DNA of 63,098 bases, the filler included, from Asterionella formosa (lineage: Eukaryota), in assembly GCA_002256025.1 (NCBI GenBank). It is 21 parts of 21 records of this genome, joined end to end, with 100 filler letters (N's around TTAATTAATTAA, not from the genome) between each part and the next. Parts side by side here need not be neighbours in the genome. Positions count along the whole stretch, not along the records: positions 11,635 to 30,866 come from NKIB01003773.1; 20 more parts are not named here. One strand, 5' to 3'. Made by a program: the position numbers and the translations under genes. Under the pieces are notes generated by a model. It was not told the origin of the DNA. It did no database searches and was given only the letters and a program-made list of their open reading frames with translations. Within the stretch, counting starts at the first letter, position 1. Every line of letters begins with the position of its first letter. Below, in pieces: positions 11,968 to 23,744 of this stretch.

Positions 11968-13232
11968 ATGCCGCGGCCAAATTATCTCCTCCTCTCCACT
12001 CTCGCGTTAGTAGGACTTGTTCAAGCTCACTCGTCGCTACGTGGACCACATAAAAATGCTTCTGTAGCGGACGACGAGTTCTATGCTAACTCGACTTACA
12101 TCCAACACGTCTTTCGCGCGGTCCAAGAAACCGAATCGTCGCAATTCTTTCAAGTCCCGATGTTTCTTGCATTAAAGTACCTGGACGATGAAGCCGCAAG
12201 CGAGTTAGAGACTTTGAATGCGACGAATAATTTTGTTGATTCGTTTTGCAGAATTGTTCGACAGCAGGTGAGATCTCCTTTGCATCGGTGACGATAATTC
12301 GCCTTGATTGTGAATGCACTAACCATGACCTTTCACACAATCCACAGGCTGGGGGAAGTCAGGTGAACAGGGCTGGGAACGAATTAGGAATCACCATCAC
12401 GACGGCCAATGTTACGAACAATTTGATTAAAAGCTGCATTCGTGACACATATCGAGTATATCGTCCAATACCAACAACAGTTGGACCGGGGTACTTTATT
12501 CTCGAACTTTCATTCGTTCAGGTTGTCACTGCTACTACTCTGAACCCATTCAATCCTTTGAATATGACGATCGTTCGAAAATTGGTAGAAATTGGCTTTG
12601 ATCAAAGCTCGGGAGGCCGTGATATGTTCCTTTCTTTGATGCAAGCAAGTAGTCCTAACTACTTGAACATGAAGAATGTCGTTGTCTTGGAAAAATTCTC
12701 GCAAGCATCACCAACGAAATCTCAAAGTCCATCACCTTTTAATTCATTGATGCCTACCATGCTTTTTTCTCAGATGCCCTCGCCCTCAACCCGTCCAACC
12801 AGCAGCCCTTCTTCAACTCCAACAAATCAGAATACCATGGACGATTCTGTTTCCTCAACGGCATCCTTTTCTAATGAACAAAATGACGATGCAACGAATG
12901 AAACTTTTACAGATTATCCTGTCCCTACCCAGATAACCTCCACTCTCGTTCCTTCGCAATTGCCTAGTCCTTCCAGTCTCCCAACAATTACAACTGTAAC
13001 TGTGGCACCATCAGCAAGTCCGACTATGCAGCCGTCTGAACGTCCGTCTATAATGACATCAACAAATCCTGCCATGGTGACTACATTAACATCGCTGGAA
13101 GGAAATCCTTCAACTGCCAATGACACCGTGTCCCCCCAAAAAATTGCCGGCATTGTAATTGGATTCTTCGTTTGTCTGTGCATTTTTCAATTCCTATGCA
13201 GTTGGTCGACAAGTCATTTGTTGTCTCATTAA
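11968..13232 (+). CDS. Type I membrane / cell-surface protein with S/T/P-rich stalk (2 exons)
   Basis: N-terminal signal peptide; phase-0 intron 12268-12347 (GTGAG..CTAAC..CAG) joins two listed ORFs in frame; PSxxPT repeats; C-terminal TM IAGIVIGFFVCLCIFQFL. Confidence 0.85.
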
Positions 13233-14303
13233 ATGCGAAAAGTGAGGAAATACGATTGTTAAGATAACTATCTTTGTGTTGTCAATAAACTGCTTTATTA
13301 GACCAATCGCCTTTTGATTTTGGATTGACTATAGTATTGAATGAAGCGTCATGTAGATTGCGATATCTACGTTTCCTTCGCCAATTGACCAACAAGAACT
13401 GTAAAGTCCGACAGTGATGATGCCCAGGTTTGTGTATATAGTGATATCATCATATAATACAGGTTTCAGATCACCGCTTTCTTTGAGTCCTCTCTTTGGT
13501 ATTTCTGACGCAGTGTCGGTAAATTCGCTGGAATCCTGCCAAGAAGTACTTTGATATGGTTAGATCATGTCGAAGCCACTTCTTTTGTATCATACCCACA
13601 TTTGATATTCATGTGATTCAATGGCTGACACCCCACATTGCTGGCTATCAGATAAACTTGTTACCGAAACTAATCACAAAAATAAATGACGCCATTCTCA
13701 TTCTTGCATATGATACCCGCATATATTAGGCAACGATACATACGAGAGAAGAAGCAAATCAATGAATTTATGATCACGATATGTGTTGACTGACACTGTG
13801 ACAATGATAAGTATGTACTGGCTGTACTGATCGAAGTTCTGACAAGTTGAAGGGAAGTCATGTCAACATGTGAAGGGGATTTAATTCTTAAAACTGCGAA
13901 ATGCGCAAACCAATCAAGTCGCTCATAGGAATTCTCAAACGTCTGGCCTCCCATCAGAGCGCGCCAGAATTCTCAGCAAGGAAAAATCGCTCAGTGGCAA
14001 CCATCAAATAAATTGTTCTTTTGTTCGTACATACACGCGAACCTTGATGATAGTTCTTCCGATATTTGGGAATCTTGGCAATGAGAATATCGATTTGATT
14101 CGACGGCCCAGAGGACAAAGAGCAGCAATATAGGAGAGATCGACCATTTACCAGTCCATGGAATATACGGGAATGAATACCAGTGAGATGTTTCGTAAAT
14201 CGAAGGTAAAAGGTTCAAATGAGCGTTAACTTCGATGCAAAATGTGACACTTAAAATGGTGGTTAACAGCTACTTTTAATAGCGTAGCATTTTAGCAGCT
14301 AAT

Positions 14304-14897
14304 CTATTCAAGGTCCAAGTCGAATATATCATCTGTGCCTTCCTCATAATCATAGTCACCTTCTTCTTCCAACCCGTGAAATGGTTCAACTGTTGAAATG
14401 TCGTCGTATGCGTTCTCATCATGATCGGGAAACAGCACCCTCTTTTCTGCTCTGGACGCCGTGATTCTATTGAACATCCTCCATGTATCTTTATCGTATT
14501 CTCGTTCCATTACACGAAAACTAGAAGCTGTTAAAGGCGACACGCTCAAGTCCGGGAGCGAACTATGCAATGAGGACCTTGGCGATCTGGGGAGTGATTG
14601 ACCAGAATAGCTGTCGCGAAAACTTGGCGAGACTTTGGATGGAGCATTGTCGTTTAGCGGCAGGTTGAATACCGCCCCTATGAGCCCATCTTGTCCAGAT
14701 GTTATCGCAGAAGGAATTTGCTCATTGTGCAGGTCACCAACCTCGTCAAACTCACGGCGACAATGTACAGGTAGAGACACTGGATTCGCTGATGAACTCA
14801 ATACCGCGGCTATCAGCTCCTCCTTTTCGTGTTCAGCCATCCTCACTGAAAGATTGCTAGAGAAGCTTGATCCGAATTGGCTGCTGATAGGGTTCAT
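14304..14897 (-). CDS. Diatom-type hypothetical protein (YDxxTWRMxxRI motif, acidic tail ending IFDLDLE)
   Basis: Complete 197-aa ATG-to-stop ORF; motif pair recalled from uncharacterised diatom proteins. Confidence 0.8.
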   Translation of the reverse strand: MNPISSQFGSSFSSNLSVRMAEHEKEELIAAVLSSSANPVSLPVHCRREFDEVGDLHNEQIPSAITSGQDGLIGAVFNLPLNDNAPSKVSPSFRDSYSGQSLPRSPRSSLHSSLPDLSVSPLTASSFRVMEREYDKDTWRMFNRITASRAEKRVLFPDHDENAYDDISTVEPFHGLEEEGDYDYEEGTDDIFDLDLE

Positions 14898-16285
14898 TTC
14901 TGATAGTAATGTACTTCAATTCGTGGTGGTGTTGATAGAGCCAAAATATAATTTAAGTCGTTAATGTAGCAGAACCTACTAAATTGTGCGAGATTCTTAC
15001 AATCCCATTTAATCCGTGAAGCAATGAAAGGAGTGTTCAATCCAACGAGATTTCAACGGTAGATTCATTACCAAGATTCAGTGGCTGGTAAACTCAGATG
15101 CGCGAGACGTGTACCGGCATTATCGGCATGTGATACGGTACCAGGTACTATGGGAAAATTGTTTGGCTTTCTGTTTTCTTCTGTGCTCAAACTGTACATA
15201 GTCAGCAGTTCTGTGTATTTTAGGTACCTGGTACCAGGTCCTTCTTTCAATAGGACTCTCGCAAGTGCAGAAGAATCACTGGCAACAGCACATAGCAGTA
15301 CACAACGAAACGAAGGGTACCTGGTACCTTTACTATTGAGTACGATTATTGTGAATACGAGAGAGAACTGACTCCTTTTCTTGCTCGCTCTATGTAAATA
15401 TTCCAAATGATGTATCAAGACCATGAAGCGTGTGGTCGAGAATTTACTTCATTTACTTACTACATGGTACCAGTCACAGTGTAAAGTGAAAATTTACTTA
15501 CTACATGGTACCAGTCACAGTGTAAAGTGAAAAGATTCGTTCAATGACGACAAGTACGCATGCAAGCAATATTCAACGTTGTAGTTTCGACGAGTGAAAA
15601 GTTCTAGAAGTGTCACCTAAGTACGCATGCAAGCAATATTCAATAATGAATTCATTACATAGGCAACTAACAATGATAGTGATTATTGTGCACGATTGAT
15701 GACATATATCGTGCACTACTTTCTGATGCCTACTGGACCTTGTACAGTATATCTTCAAGCTGCGGTCATTTTGCTTAAATAAATAATTTTATATGAAAAG
15801 CTAACTATTTAGCTTCAACACAATTACCGTACCGGCGGAACTTGCTGCTACCTGGAGTTGCGATCATTTTGCTGAAATTGATAACGTGACGCAGGACAGG
15901 CGTTTATTTACATAGACACCGACATCAATTCTATCTTTAAAATCTTCTGGTGTATATATGCCTGGTGATCAACACCTAGACCTACTACCGGTAGGTTTTA
16001 TGCTAATGTTATTATTCAGAATAGGGAAACATCAAGAAAACACAACAATGACAAGGGCAATAGAGGTGTGGCCTGAAGGAAAAGTAAGCAAAAGAAAGCA
16101 AATCTCGCTTATGTTGCTTTATTCTCTCCAAACTCAAAATCATTCTCCTTTTCTGGCCGAAGTGATGAAAACAAATCATCTTAATCAATGGTTTTCAGAG
16201 TCATTGGGATTGAAAATTCGTTACTGCCAACATCATCATAGCAACAACCCGATACACAAAGTGGTCTGAATCTTGATGTTAAGTA

Positions 16286-17020
16286 CCATAAAACCTGGTG
16301 TCTCATATCCCCCCAGATACCTGTACCCCCCTTTGTACATCTGGCACAACACTCCCAAAAATTTCATGTCCTCAGAAAAATAACCACATATTCTTTGTTC
16401 TCCAGATATTTGTTATCATATTTGTACTATAATTGTATTCTTCCTGCTCACCATCATGAAACAGAAATCAACAACAGCCAACACGAGTGATGGCGATATC
16501 CTTGGCCTGAGATTTATGTCAACAGTCGAAGCTGTTAGTTGCAAGCTTATTGTGGCGTGATTATCAAGCTGAATGCTACATGCTCAGGCAGTCCTGGCCT
16601 TGATATTGTCGGCTTGCCGGAAGTGTTCAAAAATCATTCATCTGCTGCTTCATGATGCAGAAATATTTCGTGCATGTCATAGTAGTTCTGGCTGGTCCAA
16701 TAATCATATAAGTGATGTGGCTGGTTGGCTTATATTAGCTAATATCCATCACGATCCAACTTGTGGAACCTACACAAATTAATACCGTTTGTAGCATTAG
16801 GGAAAATGTGTACACACTCTAGGAATTGCTATTGATGCCATCACGAAACTCAGGTGTGCTGGTACACCAAAAATAGATTCTTTTGATCATAGAAACCGTT
16901 TGAGCCTACAACAATATATCTTTTAATGTTGCTACAAAGGTCCTATGTCTTGTACTCACCTCTAAGCAAAATCAGTGGTAGCTGTGTACATTGAGGGGTA
17001 CAAGACACCTGGTTTTACGG
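16286..17020. mobile_element. Non-autonomous pogo/Tc2-like MITE, copy 1 (735 bp)
   Basis: TA|CCATAAAACCTGGTGTCTC...AAGACACCTGGTTTTACGG|TA; imperfect TIRs of about 25 bp, TA TSD; full-length inverted homolog at 24645-25443. Confidence 0.92.
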
Positions 17021-17520
17021 TATGTTGTTATCCTTCATCAATGGGACCACTGGAACTTGAGAGGACAGTACATCAACATGATTATTAATTCTAATTGGAC
17101 TCTTTTTGAATTCAAAGTGAATTATCTAACATGAAGTAGTAGTATTTGTTGAATACATGAGCTTCATTGTGAATCCTTTTGTGCAACTCGTTCTCTAAGT
17201 CAACACCAAAGTATACAATAGGTGTTAGTCAAATCACTCATTATTGAGTTCTGATATACCGGTTTATGATATCACATACATCTGTATTGACGCGCGGGAT
17301 CGCTCACCAGGTATGTAGGAGTAGCTGGGAGTACCGGTTACCTGGTACCTTGCTCGACAAACTCGATGCTTTTTCTGTCATGCCACGATAAGTCCACTAT
17401 AATATTTTGATTCTCAGTTGAAGGTATTGAGCCGTGGTTGCATCTTCCAACACAGCTAGACCTACTGCCTCGATCCGAGAAGAGAATAACAAAAGATAAC
17501 CTGTTTCACGAGTATTCAAG

Positions 17521-18342
17521 ATGGACGAACGAGAAACGAAGCGAAGTCGAGAAGAAAGCTGCTGTTTCCTCGACGACATTCTTCCAATCTGTCTCGTTTG
17601 CAGCAACACATTTTCAAGCTCGCCACAAGACGCTCATGCGCCTATTCAGAGCACCAAGTGCGGTCATACCTTTTGCCGTTCCTGCATCTTGTACTGCCAC
17701 GCGATGGAGGTACAGAACCGTGCCAGGGTAAAAACGGTCCCTTGCATGATGTGTCGGGCAAAAGGCGCGTTTGTGGCAGAACAGCTTCACGTCAACCAGT
17801 CGTTGATCGACGCCATTGAACGCTTCAAGGAAGCCAAACAGCGTTTTGACGAAAAAAAAAAGCCACCGACGCGTGACCCAAAATCCAAGGTACTTCATGT
17901 GGAGGAACTTACTCCGATTGGATGGAAAGTAGCTGAAGAATCATGGGGATTCCTGGGTCCATCTCAAGTGAGTCCTCCAAGTGCTGGAGTAGTGTCCAGA
18001 CCCTCCGTTGAAGGACAGCGAGCTATATCGTTCATTTATCAAAAATCACAATCAATGAAAGGTATCCCTCGTTCAACGAACTTGAGTGACGACACAGAAT
18101 TATTCTACCCGACTACTGCCAGTGATTTTCCTCTTTGGTCATCTACCTCCCCTTCCTCGACTGAGCGTGCACAATTACTCACAGATACGGACAGAGACCA
18201 AGAATGGAGTTCTATCCAAGCGGTGCCAACTCAGAGGCTCCATTCCCCACTCCTCCTTCCCCTCTGTTCATATGGCCAGAGCAAGAGTCGTGGTCAACAG
18301 ACACAGACAGTACCCGTCCGCTCCTTTCAGAACGGACACTAG
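17521..18342 (+). CDS. RING-HC (C3HC4) zinc-finger protein; 3' structure uncertain
   Basis: CLVC-x-CGHTFCRSC-x-CMMC; downstream sequence to about 19250 may be further exons or decayed coding DNA. Confidence 0.75.
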   Translation: MDERETKRSREESCCFLDDILPICLVCSNTFSSSPQDAHAPIQSTKCGHTFCRSCILYCHAMEVQNRARVKTVPCMMCRAKGAFVAEQLHVNQSLIDAIERFKEAKQRFDEKKKPPTRDPKSKVLHVEELTPIGWKVAEESWGFLGPSQVSPPSAGVVSRPSVEGQRAISFIYQKSQSMKGIPRSTNLSDDTELFYPTTASDFPLWSSTSPSSTERAQLLTDTDRDQEWSSIQAVPTQRLHSPLLLPLCSYGQSKSRGQQTQTVPVRSFQNGH

Positions 18343-19520
18343 CCACTTAGTGGCAAGACGTTCTCTTGTGACGATTCCTAGCGGCATGTTAGCTGGTTTG
18401 CGACGATCCTCCAAGGGAAGACGAAGAATGCAGCAGGTGGACGCGAATAGTCGAAGCAGATTGCCGGTGCAGCAGGTGGAAGTGGATTCGAATTGGGGGT
18501 CATTCCTACTCGCCGTCGACGGTGAGGCACGCATCAATACGGACGAAGTGAATTGTTTCATCTGAGAAGCTTCTTGGATTCAGAGCAAGCAATAAAACGC
18601 CGGACTTACTTGGTTCCTAAAGCAACAAGCAGCCACGGTCGGAATGAACAAATCTGAACTTATTCCCCATATGTTGCAAGCCATGCCAACGACCTCAAGA
18701 ACACAAGCCGAAATGATTGTGGCTAAAAATGCTGGAATCAGCTAAGTGAGGCAGCGCAATTTTTTTTGTGCCAACTAGGTGTTCATGTGGGATCATACGT
18801 TATCATGCTTCATAAATACGAAGAGTGCAAGTAAATACCTCGACCAGCCTTTGATGCAAATGGTACATGGCGTGGAAAGATTGATAGGCCGAGTCATAGA
18901 ATAACTCATACCATTCTCGGAAGACGACGAAGATATTTCTGGTAAGTTTCCAGCATCATTTCATGGGGAAAACGAGAAAGTCCATGGGTTTCATCAAATC
19001 AAGTTTTGCCATATGGGCTTGAAATCAGATCTGTCCATGGTCATACCAATACTTTTTGAATGCTGTCTGTGTCAAGAAACTATCACACCTCTTGCCATCA
19101 CATGGAAGTTTCTGCCCATTAATAGTAGGAATTGTTCGTTTGGATGTTTGGAATAATGCAACAACGATCTTCACGCCCGAGGATATCGAATTTACAAGGA
19201 TCTAGATCATAGTACCATTGTCCAACATTAGTATTGTAGACATTCTACCTTCAGACTGCATGCCATCACACACAAACAGCCGAATTTCTTTCATATGGAG
19301 AAATCGATTGCAAAACCATTAACTACGACACTGTGACTCAAGCCTGCCAAATACATCATAGCATTCGTGGTCCTTCGATTACGCATGAAAAAGATTTATA
19401 GTAGTGTGCATATTATTATTGTTCAAAAAAGATCCACCCTTTCCTGAGATTTTACCACCATAAATGATGAGCCTATTGGTTGCTCCAATTTGTTCAGTTG
19501 CTCGTAATCAAAAATCAAGT

Positions 19521-20189
19521 TTACATACCATCTCGTGATGTAAGGTTGCTAAGGAATTGTGCTCTCGCTTGGCGCAGAGCCTGTCCAATCGTCATATCTC
19601 CAACACTGACTCCAGCAGGAACTCCTTGCGCCTGTGGCTGACCTGACTTTCCAGCAGCAGCTGCAGCAGCCTTTGCTTCCATGGCTGGATCGTCATCTCT
19701 CAACAACACAGCCGATGCTAATTTGCGTCCATTCGTCTCCAGGATGATTCCCCCATCGCAGTGCTCATCAATCAAAAGAAAAATAAGCTCCAAATTATCC
19801 AAGACCATGACGCGATCCACTTGCGACCCCATAAGTTGAGATAGAGCATCGTACATGCCTTCTACCAGATGCGCCAAGACCAGCTCTGACTCCCCCGGTG
19901 GTCCGACATGAATCACGCGGACAGTGTCTCCAGGATTGGCCGAGGGGGAAGCACCACCACAAAAGACACAAGTTCGTCCCATGACGGTGACAACTTCAGC
20001 AGCGTCGGGTCGAGCGGCAATGCCGGTAATTTTGGCATGGAGTTGACTTTCAAAACCCTTTCGGACTTCGTCCACAGAACTGACTTTGCCGTCATCGGAA
20101 CCTGCCTTTTTGAGGAAGGATCCGTAATACTTGCCAGCTAAGCGGTTGCCTTCGCCATCCAAGACCAGGATAGCGTCTAACTTTAACAT
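19521..20189 (-). CDS. COPZ1: Coatomer subunit zeta (zeta-COP)
   Basis: AILVLDGEGNRLAGKYY, ELVLAHLV and LDNLELIFLLIDEHCDGGIILET are typical zeta-COP longin motifs; a short upstream exon is possible (ACTAAC..CAG acceptor near 20206). Confidence 0.93.
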   Translation of the reverse strand: MLKLDAILVLDGEGNRLAGKYYGSFLKKAGSDDGKVSSVDEVRKGFESQLHAKITGIAARPDAAEVVTVMGRTCVFCGGASPSANPGDTVRVIHVGPPGESELVLAHLVEGMYDALSQLMGSQVDRVMVLDNLELIFLLIDEHCDGGIILETNGRKLASAVLLRDDDPAMEAKAAAAAAGKSGQPQAQGVPAGVSVGDMTIGQALRQARAQFLSNLTSRDGM

Positions 20190-20788
20190 CAACGGAGCAA
20201 TCGCCTGGAGGAGGTTTGGGATGTGGTTAGTCCAAATGTCCGACGCGACAATGGCCAGATTCCATGCTTGCGCGCACGTGGTATCAGTATACTGTAGGGG
20301 ATGGAATTTCGATTCACACGAGACCGTTGTATGCTGCCGATGCTTCATGCTGGTGCAGCTTGAACACGTCGAGCGTCAATCATCTCGTTCATACTTAGTC
20401 TCGCATTCGGTATCTCACGCAGAGAGTTACAAAGTAATTAAACATACCATTTTATAGGATCAATTGGAAGTATCTATTGTTTGTTCAGCCTTCGAGAGGC
20501 ACCGACGAGTGGAAAAAATATTGTGTTGCCGAATGCTGTGTAATGCGATACCAGTATTGTCGTCCCGTAGTAAATAACATGATCCTTTACCAAGTACTGG
20601 TACAGGTACCAGGTACCAGACAGGAGACTATTATCTACCGGTACCGGTAGTTTACATGATTTGATTTTATATGCCGGTATATACACAGTACATACAGGGT
20701 ACCAGGTACCTATCAGCTACTATTTACCACTCTATGATATTATTTTAAAGGCCTCTTTTGACCAAACATACATGCAACAGGATTGAAC

Positions 20789-23089
20789 ATGGAAGAAGGC
20801 GACCCTCCGCCGACTGGCAACGGCCCCAAAATATCCCATCCTCACCCGCACGACGTGCTATGCGGCAGAGGAGGAGGAACGAACAATCATGTGGGGAACA
20901 GTCACTGGAGAATGCTGGTCGCAGCTAACAAGCAGTTGTACGTGACTCTCCCCAAACGGCAGAAAATGCTTCTTTCTCGTTCCATCGTCAACGCTGTCAG
21001 GTCGCAACATCCTCCAGGACGCTTCCTTCAAAAAGACTCCAAGACGGATGAATGGTATGATGTAGGAGACCAGCGAGCGCAGGAGAAAACGAGCCAGGCC
21101 CTGAGAGAAGGGGCTCCTGATATCCGAAGCAAGTTAAATGATGGGCAGCAAGACCATTCTACGGAGGATTCTACGTACGACGATACCAGCAGCATGAACG
21201 ACCTGGCGGATTCAACGGCGGCACCAGGCGGATCTGCTGTAGTTTCTTATCCAGACCCCAAGCAAACGTCGGTACAGGCGAAAAAAACAGGAGATCCTCC
21301 GTATCATATGATGCCTGCTGCGGCGACAGCATATAGCATGACAGTCGCAGATGGATCTCACATGCAAATGCCTCCTCCAGGATCAACCCCAGTTATGGTA
21401 ACTTATCAAACTCCAAATGGAATGCAATCTATCCCCATGTATCCAGCGATGATGATGCAGGATTCCAATGGAATGATGGTGCCTGCCATGCCAATGCACA
21501 TGCATATGATGCAGCAGCACGAACAAGCTTCAACATACACTCCATCAATTCCATCCAAGGAGAAGGGAGACGCATCACGAAGAAATACAAATATCATCGC
21601 TACCAGCATAACGAACATGGCAATACCTCCTCCGACTAATCCAGCAATATCACCGACTCCATCCTCAGTCATTATGCCTCCTCCGTGCCGAGCACCTGAT
21701 TCTGAAAAAGTTTTACAAAGGGAAGGAGCGAATAATTACCATGCAAACAAAAATGAAGTTCCAGCCATGGTGGACGGGGGATTAGAACCAGCTGGTCTCT
21801 CCTTTGGAACGATAGGATCCGTTTCGATGATGTCATTTGGTAATGGAAAACTTGAAGCTGGAGGAACCTCATTTGGGTCTGTTATGAGTTTTTCAGTTGC
21901 ATCAAGAGCACCTGATATGGTTGATGGTGGCTTGGAACCAGTGGGAACTTCGTTTGGATCCCTCAGTTTGAACAGTACTGATGAAAAGTATTTGCAGCAT
22001 GCACTGGGGGCCAATACTGCTTGTCAGGGTGGCCAGTCGTCATTGAACAAGCCAAACAGGACGCTGGCTGCTACCCACCAGAATAACAGTATCACCTATG
22101 CCACACCACCGCTGTTTTCAGAACAACGGTCAACTGGGAATTTGTTGGAATGCTCCGATACAGAGTCTGAAGGTGATGAAGAAGCCCCAGCTGCTTTGCA
22201 AGCGAGCAAAACTGCCGAATGGGAAAAACTCAAAGCGATGCTTGATCATAAAACACAATCCCACTCAAGGAGCCCTCATCGGAATTTTCAAGTACCAACT
22301 GGTTTTCAAATGCCACCAGAAGGCTTGCCAACGACTACTTTTGAACATAACTTTTCAGAACTATCAGCGATGTCGATGGCAGAGGATTTTACTGACTCGC
22401 CAGATATGCAATTGGCACGAAAACATGATGTTCCACAGTACCTCTACAACAACCCTTATGCTCCCCCTCCCGCGTATACCAATATTCTGCCACAAACGAG
22501 CAATCCAGTAAATTATGCTTATCAAGGACCTAATAGATATGATGGGGCTCCATCGCAAAAGAACAACCTTGGATATGATTCATATCAAGGACATGATAGA
22601 TATGATCGGGCAGCATCGCAAAAGGGCAATTCAGGGCATGATTCACATCAAGGACCAAAAAGATATGATCGAACTCCATCACACAGTAGCAATTCAGGAT
22701 ATGATTCAAATCAAGGATCAAATAGATATGATTCAATTCAAGGATCAAGTAGATATGATGGTGCTCCATTATGCAGAAGCAATCCGGGATATGATTTAAA
22801 TCAAGGACCAAATAGATATGGTGCTCTATCACACGAGAGCATTCCAGGATATGATTCGAATCAAGGACCAAATAGATGTGATGGTGCTCCATCGCACAAG
22901 AGCAATCCAGGATATGATTCATACCAAGGACCAACCATGTATAGCAACAGTGATGCCGAACAGGCACCGGAACCGGTTGCCTTGACCAAAGCCAGCAACG
23001 AAGCCGCACAAGAGTTAGAGATCCTGTTTTTGTCACGGGGAGGGAGTTTGGTATTTGATGAATTTGCGGGGCAACACGAGCAGGTATGA
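20789..23089 (+). CDS. DUF6824-domain protein with M/P-rich region and C-terminal 21-aa repeats
   Basis: DVLCGRGGGTNNHVGN...GRFL...W....AQEKTSQALRE is the DUF6824 signature; uninterrupted ORF of about 766 codons. Confidence 0.9.
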   Translation: MEEGDPPPTGNGPKISHPHPHDVLCGRGGGTNNHVGNSHWRMLVAANKQLYVTLPKRQKMLLSRSIVNAVRSQHPPGRFLQKDSKTDEWYDVGDQRAQEKTSQALREGAPDIRSKLNDGQQDHSTEDSTYDDTSSMNDLADSTAAPGGSAVVSYPDPKQTSVQAKKTGDPPYHMMPAAATAYSMTVADGSHMQMPPPGSTPVMVTYQTPNGMQSIPMYPAMMMQDSNGMMVPAMPMHMHMMQQHEQASTYTPSIPSKEKGDASRRNTNIIATSITNMAIPPPTNPAISPTPSSVIMPPPCRAPDSEKVLQREGANNYHANKNEVPAMVDGGLEPAGLSFGTIGSVSMMSFGNGKLEAGGTSFGSVMSFSVASRAPDMVDGGLEPVGTSFGSLSLNSTDEKYLQHALGANTACQGGQSSLNKPNRTLAATHQNNSITYATPPLFSEQRSTGNLLECSDTESEGDEEAPAALQASKTAEWEKLKAMLDHKTQSHSRSPHRNFQVPTGFQMPPEGLPTTTFEHNFSELSAMSMAEDFTDSPDMQLARKHDVPQYLYNNPYAPPPAYTNILPQTSNPVNYAYQGPNRYDGAPSQKNNLGYDSYQGHDRYDRAASQKGNSGHDSHQGPKRYDRTPSHSSNSGYDSNQGSNRYDSIQGSSRYDGAPLCRSNPGYDLNQGPNRYGALSHESIPGYDSNQGPNRCDGAPSHKSNPGYDSYQGPTMYSNSDAEQAPEPVALTKASNEAAQELEILFLSRGGSLVFDEFAGQHEQV
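22515..22935 (+). repeat. Coding minisatellite, 63-bp unit (QGPNRYDGAPSxKSNxGYDSx), about 6.5 copies
   Basis: TCAAGGA anchor at 22522, 22585, 22648, 22711, 22738, 22801 and 22861. Confidence 0.93.
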
Positions 23090-23744
23090 ATGGTAGTGCT
23101 TGCTGATTGAGGTGGAAGCATGATAAAAATGATTGTTTTGTAGCATAGTACAATAGAGCCGACAGTATATCTTTTGGTGAGACTTGATATATTGTTTTGC
23201 TAGTTTATGCTCCTATTGTAGTATTTGGTTTCGGTTTTGAAATTCTAAACGAGTATGTTTCTGCCAAAGGAATATCTTCGAGGCGTCTAAGTATGGGGAC
23301 ATACACACTTTTTATTCTCATTCAGTCTGACTGCAGCTTCATGAAGCTTCGGTGTTACCTGATTTCAACGAAGGTTGCCAGGATTTTTACACACCTGTAC
23401 GTAAACCCCACTAACATATCCATCCTCTATCTTCTCATGTATGCATTGATACCACATATCGATATGCTTTTTAAGTGATCCAGCTTTATGTTTTCTTTCT
23501 TATGAAAATTGCATCACCAGTATTGTCCTCTGTGATTGACTAATAGATCTCATCCAATAAATTTGTCTTAAAGTAAAAGGTTACATGATGAAAAATTATG
23601 AATCAATTTTCTAATATTTTAATTTTAAGGTGTAACCTGAACTTTCGGTAATCAGGATTGTCAACTCAATAAATGTGCTATATTCAATTCGCAGCATCCC
23701 GTGGCCTCCACACAATTTTGGTAGAATGAGTAATTTCTTATTTT

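Noticed and set aside
15452..15645. Local 41-bp and 25-bp direct duplications
   Set aside because: Two-copy duplications with no TIR/LTR structure; most likely ordinary slippage or repair events.
22530..23153. 207-aa antisense ORF with HHIY repeats
   Set aside because: It is the antisense shadow of the 63-bp coding repeat in the DUF6824 gene.
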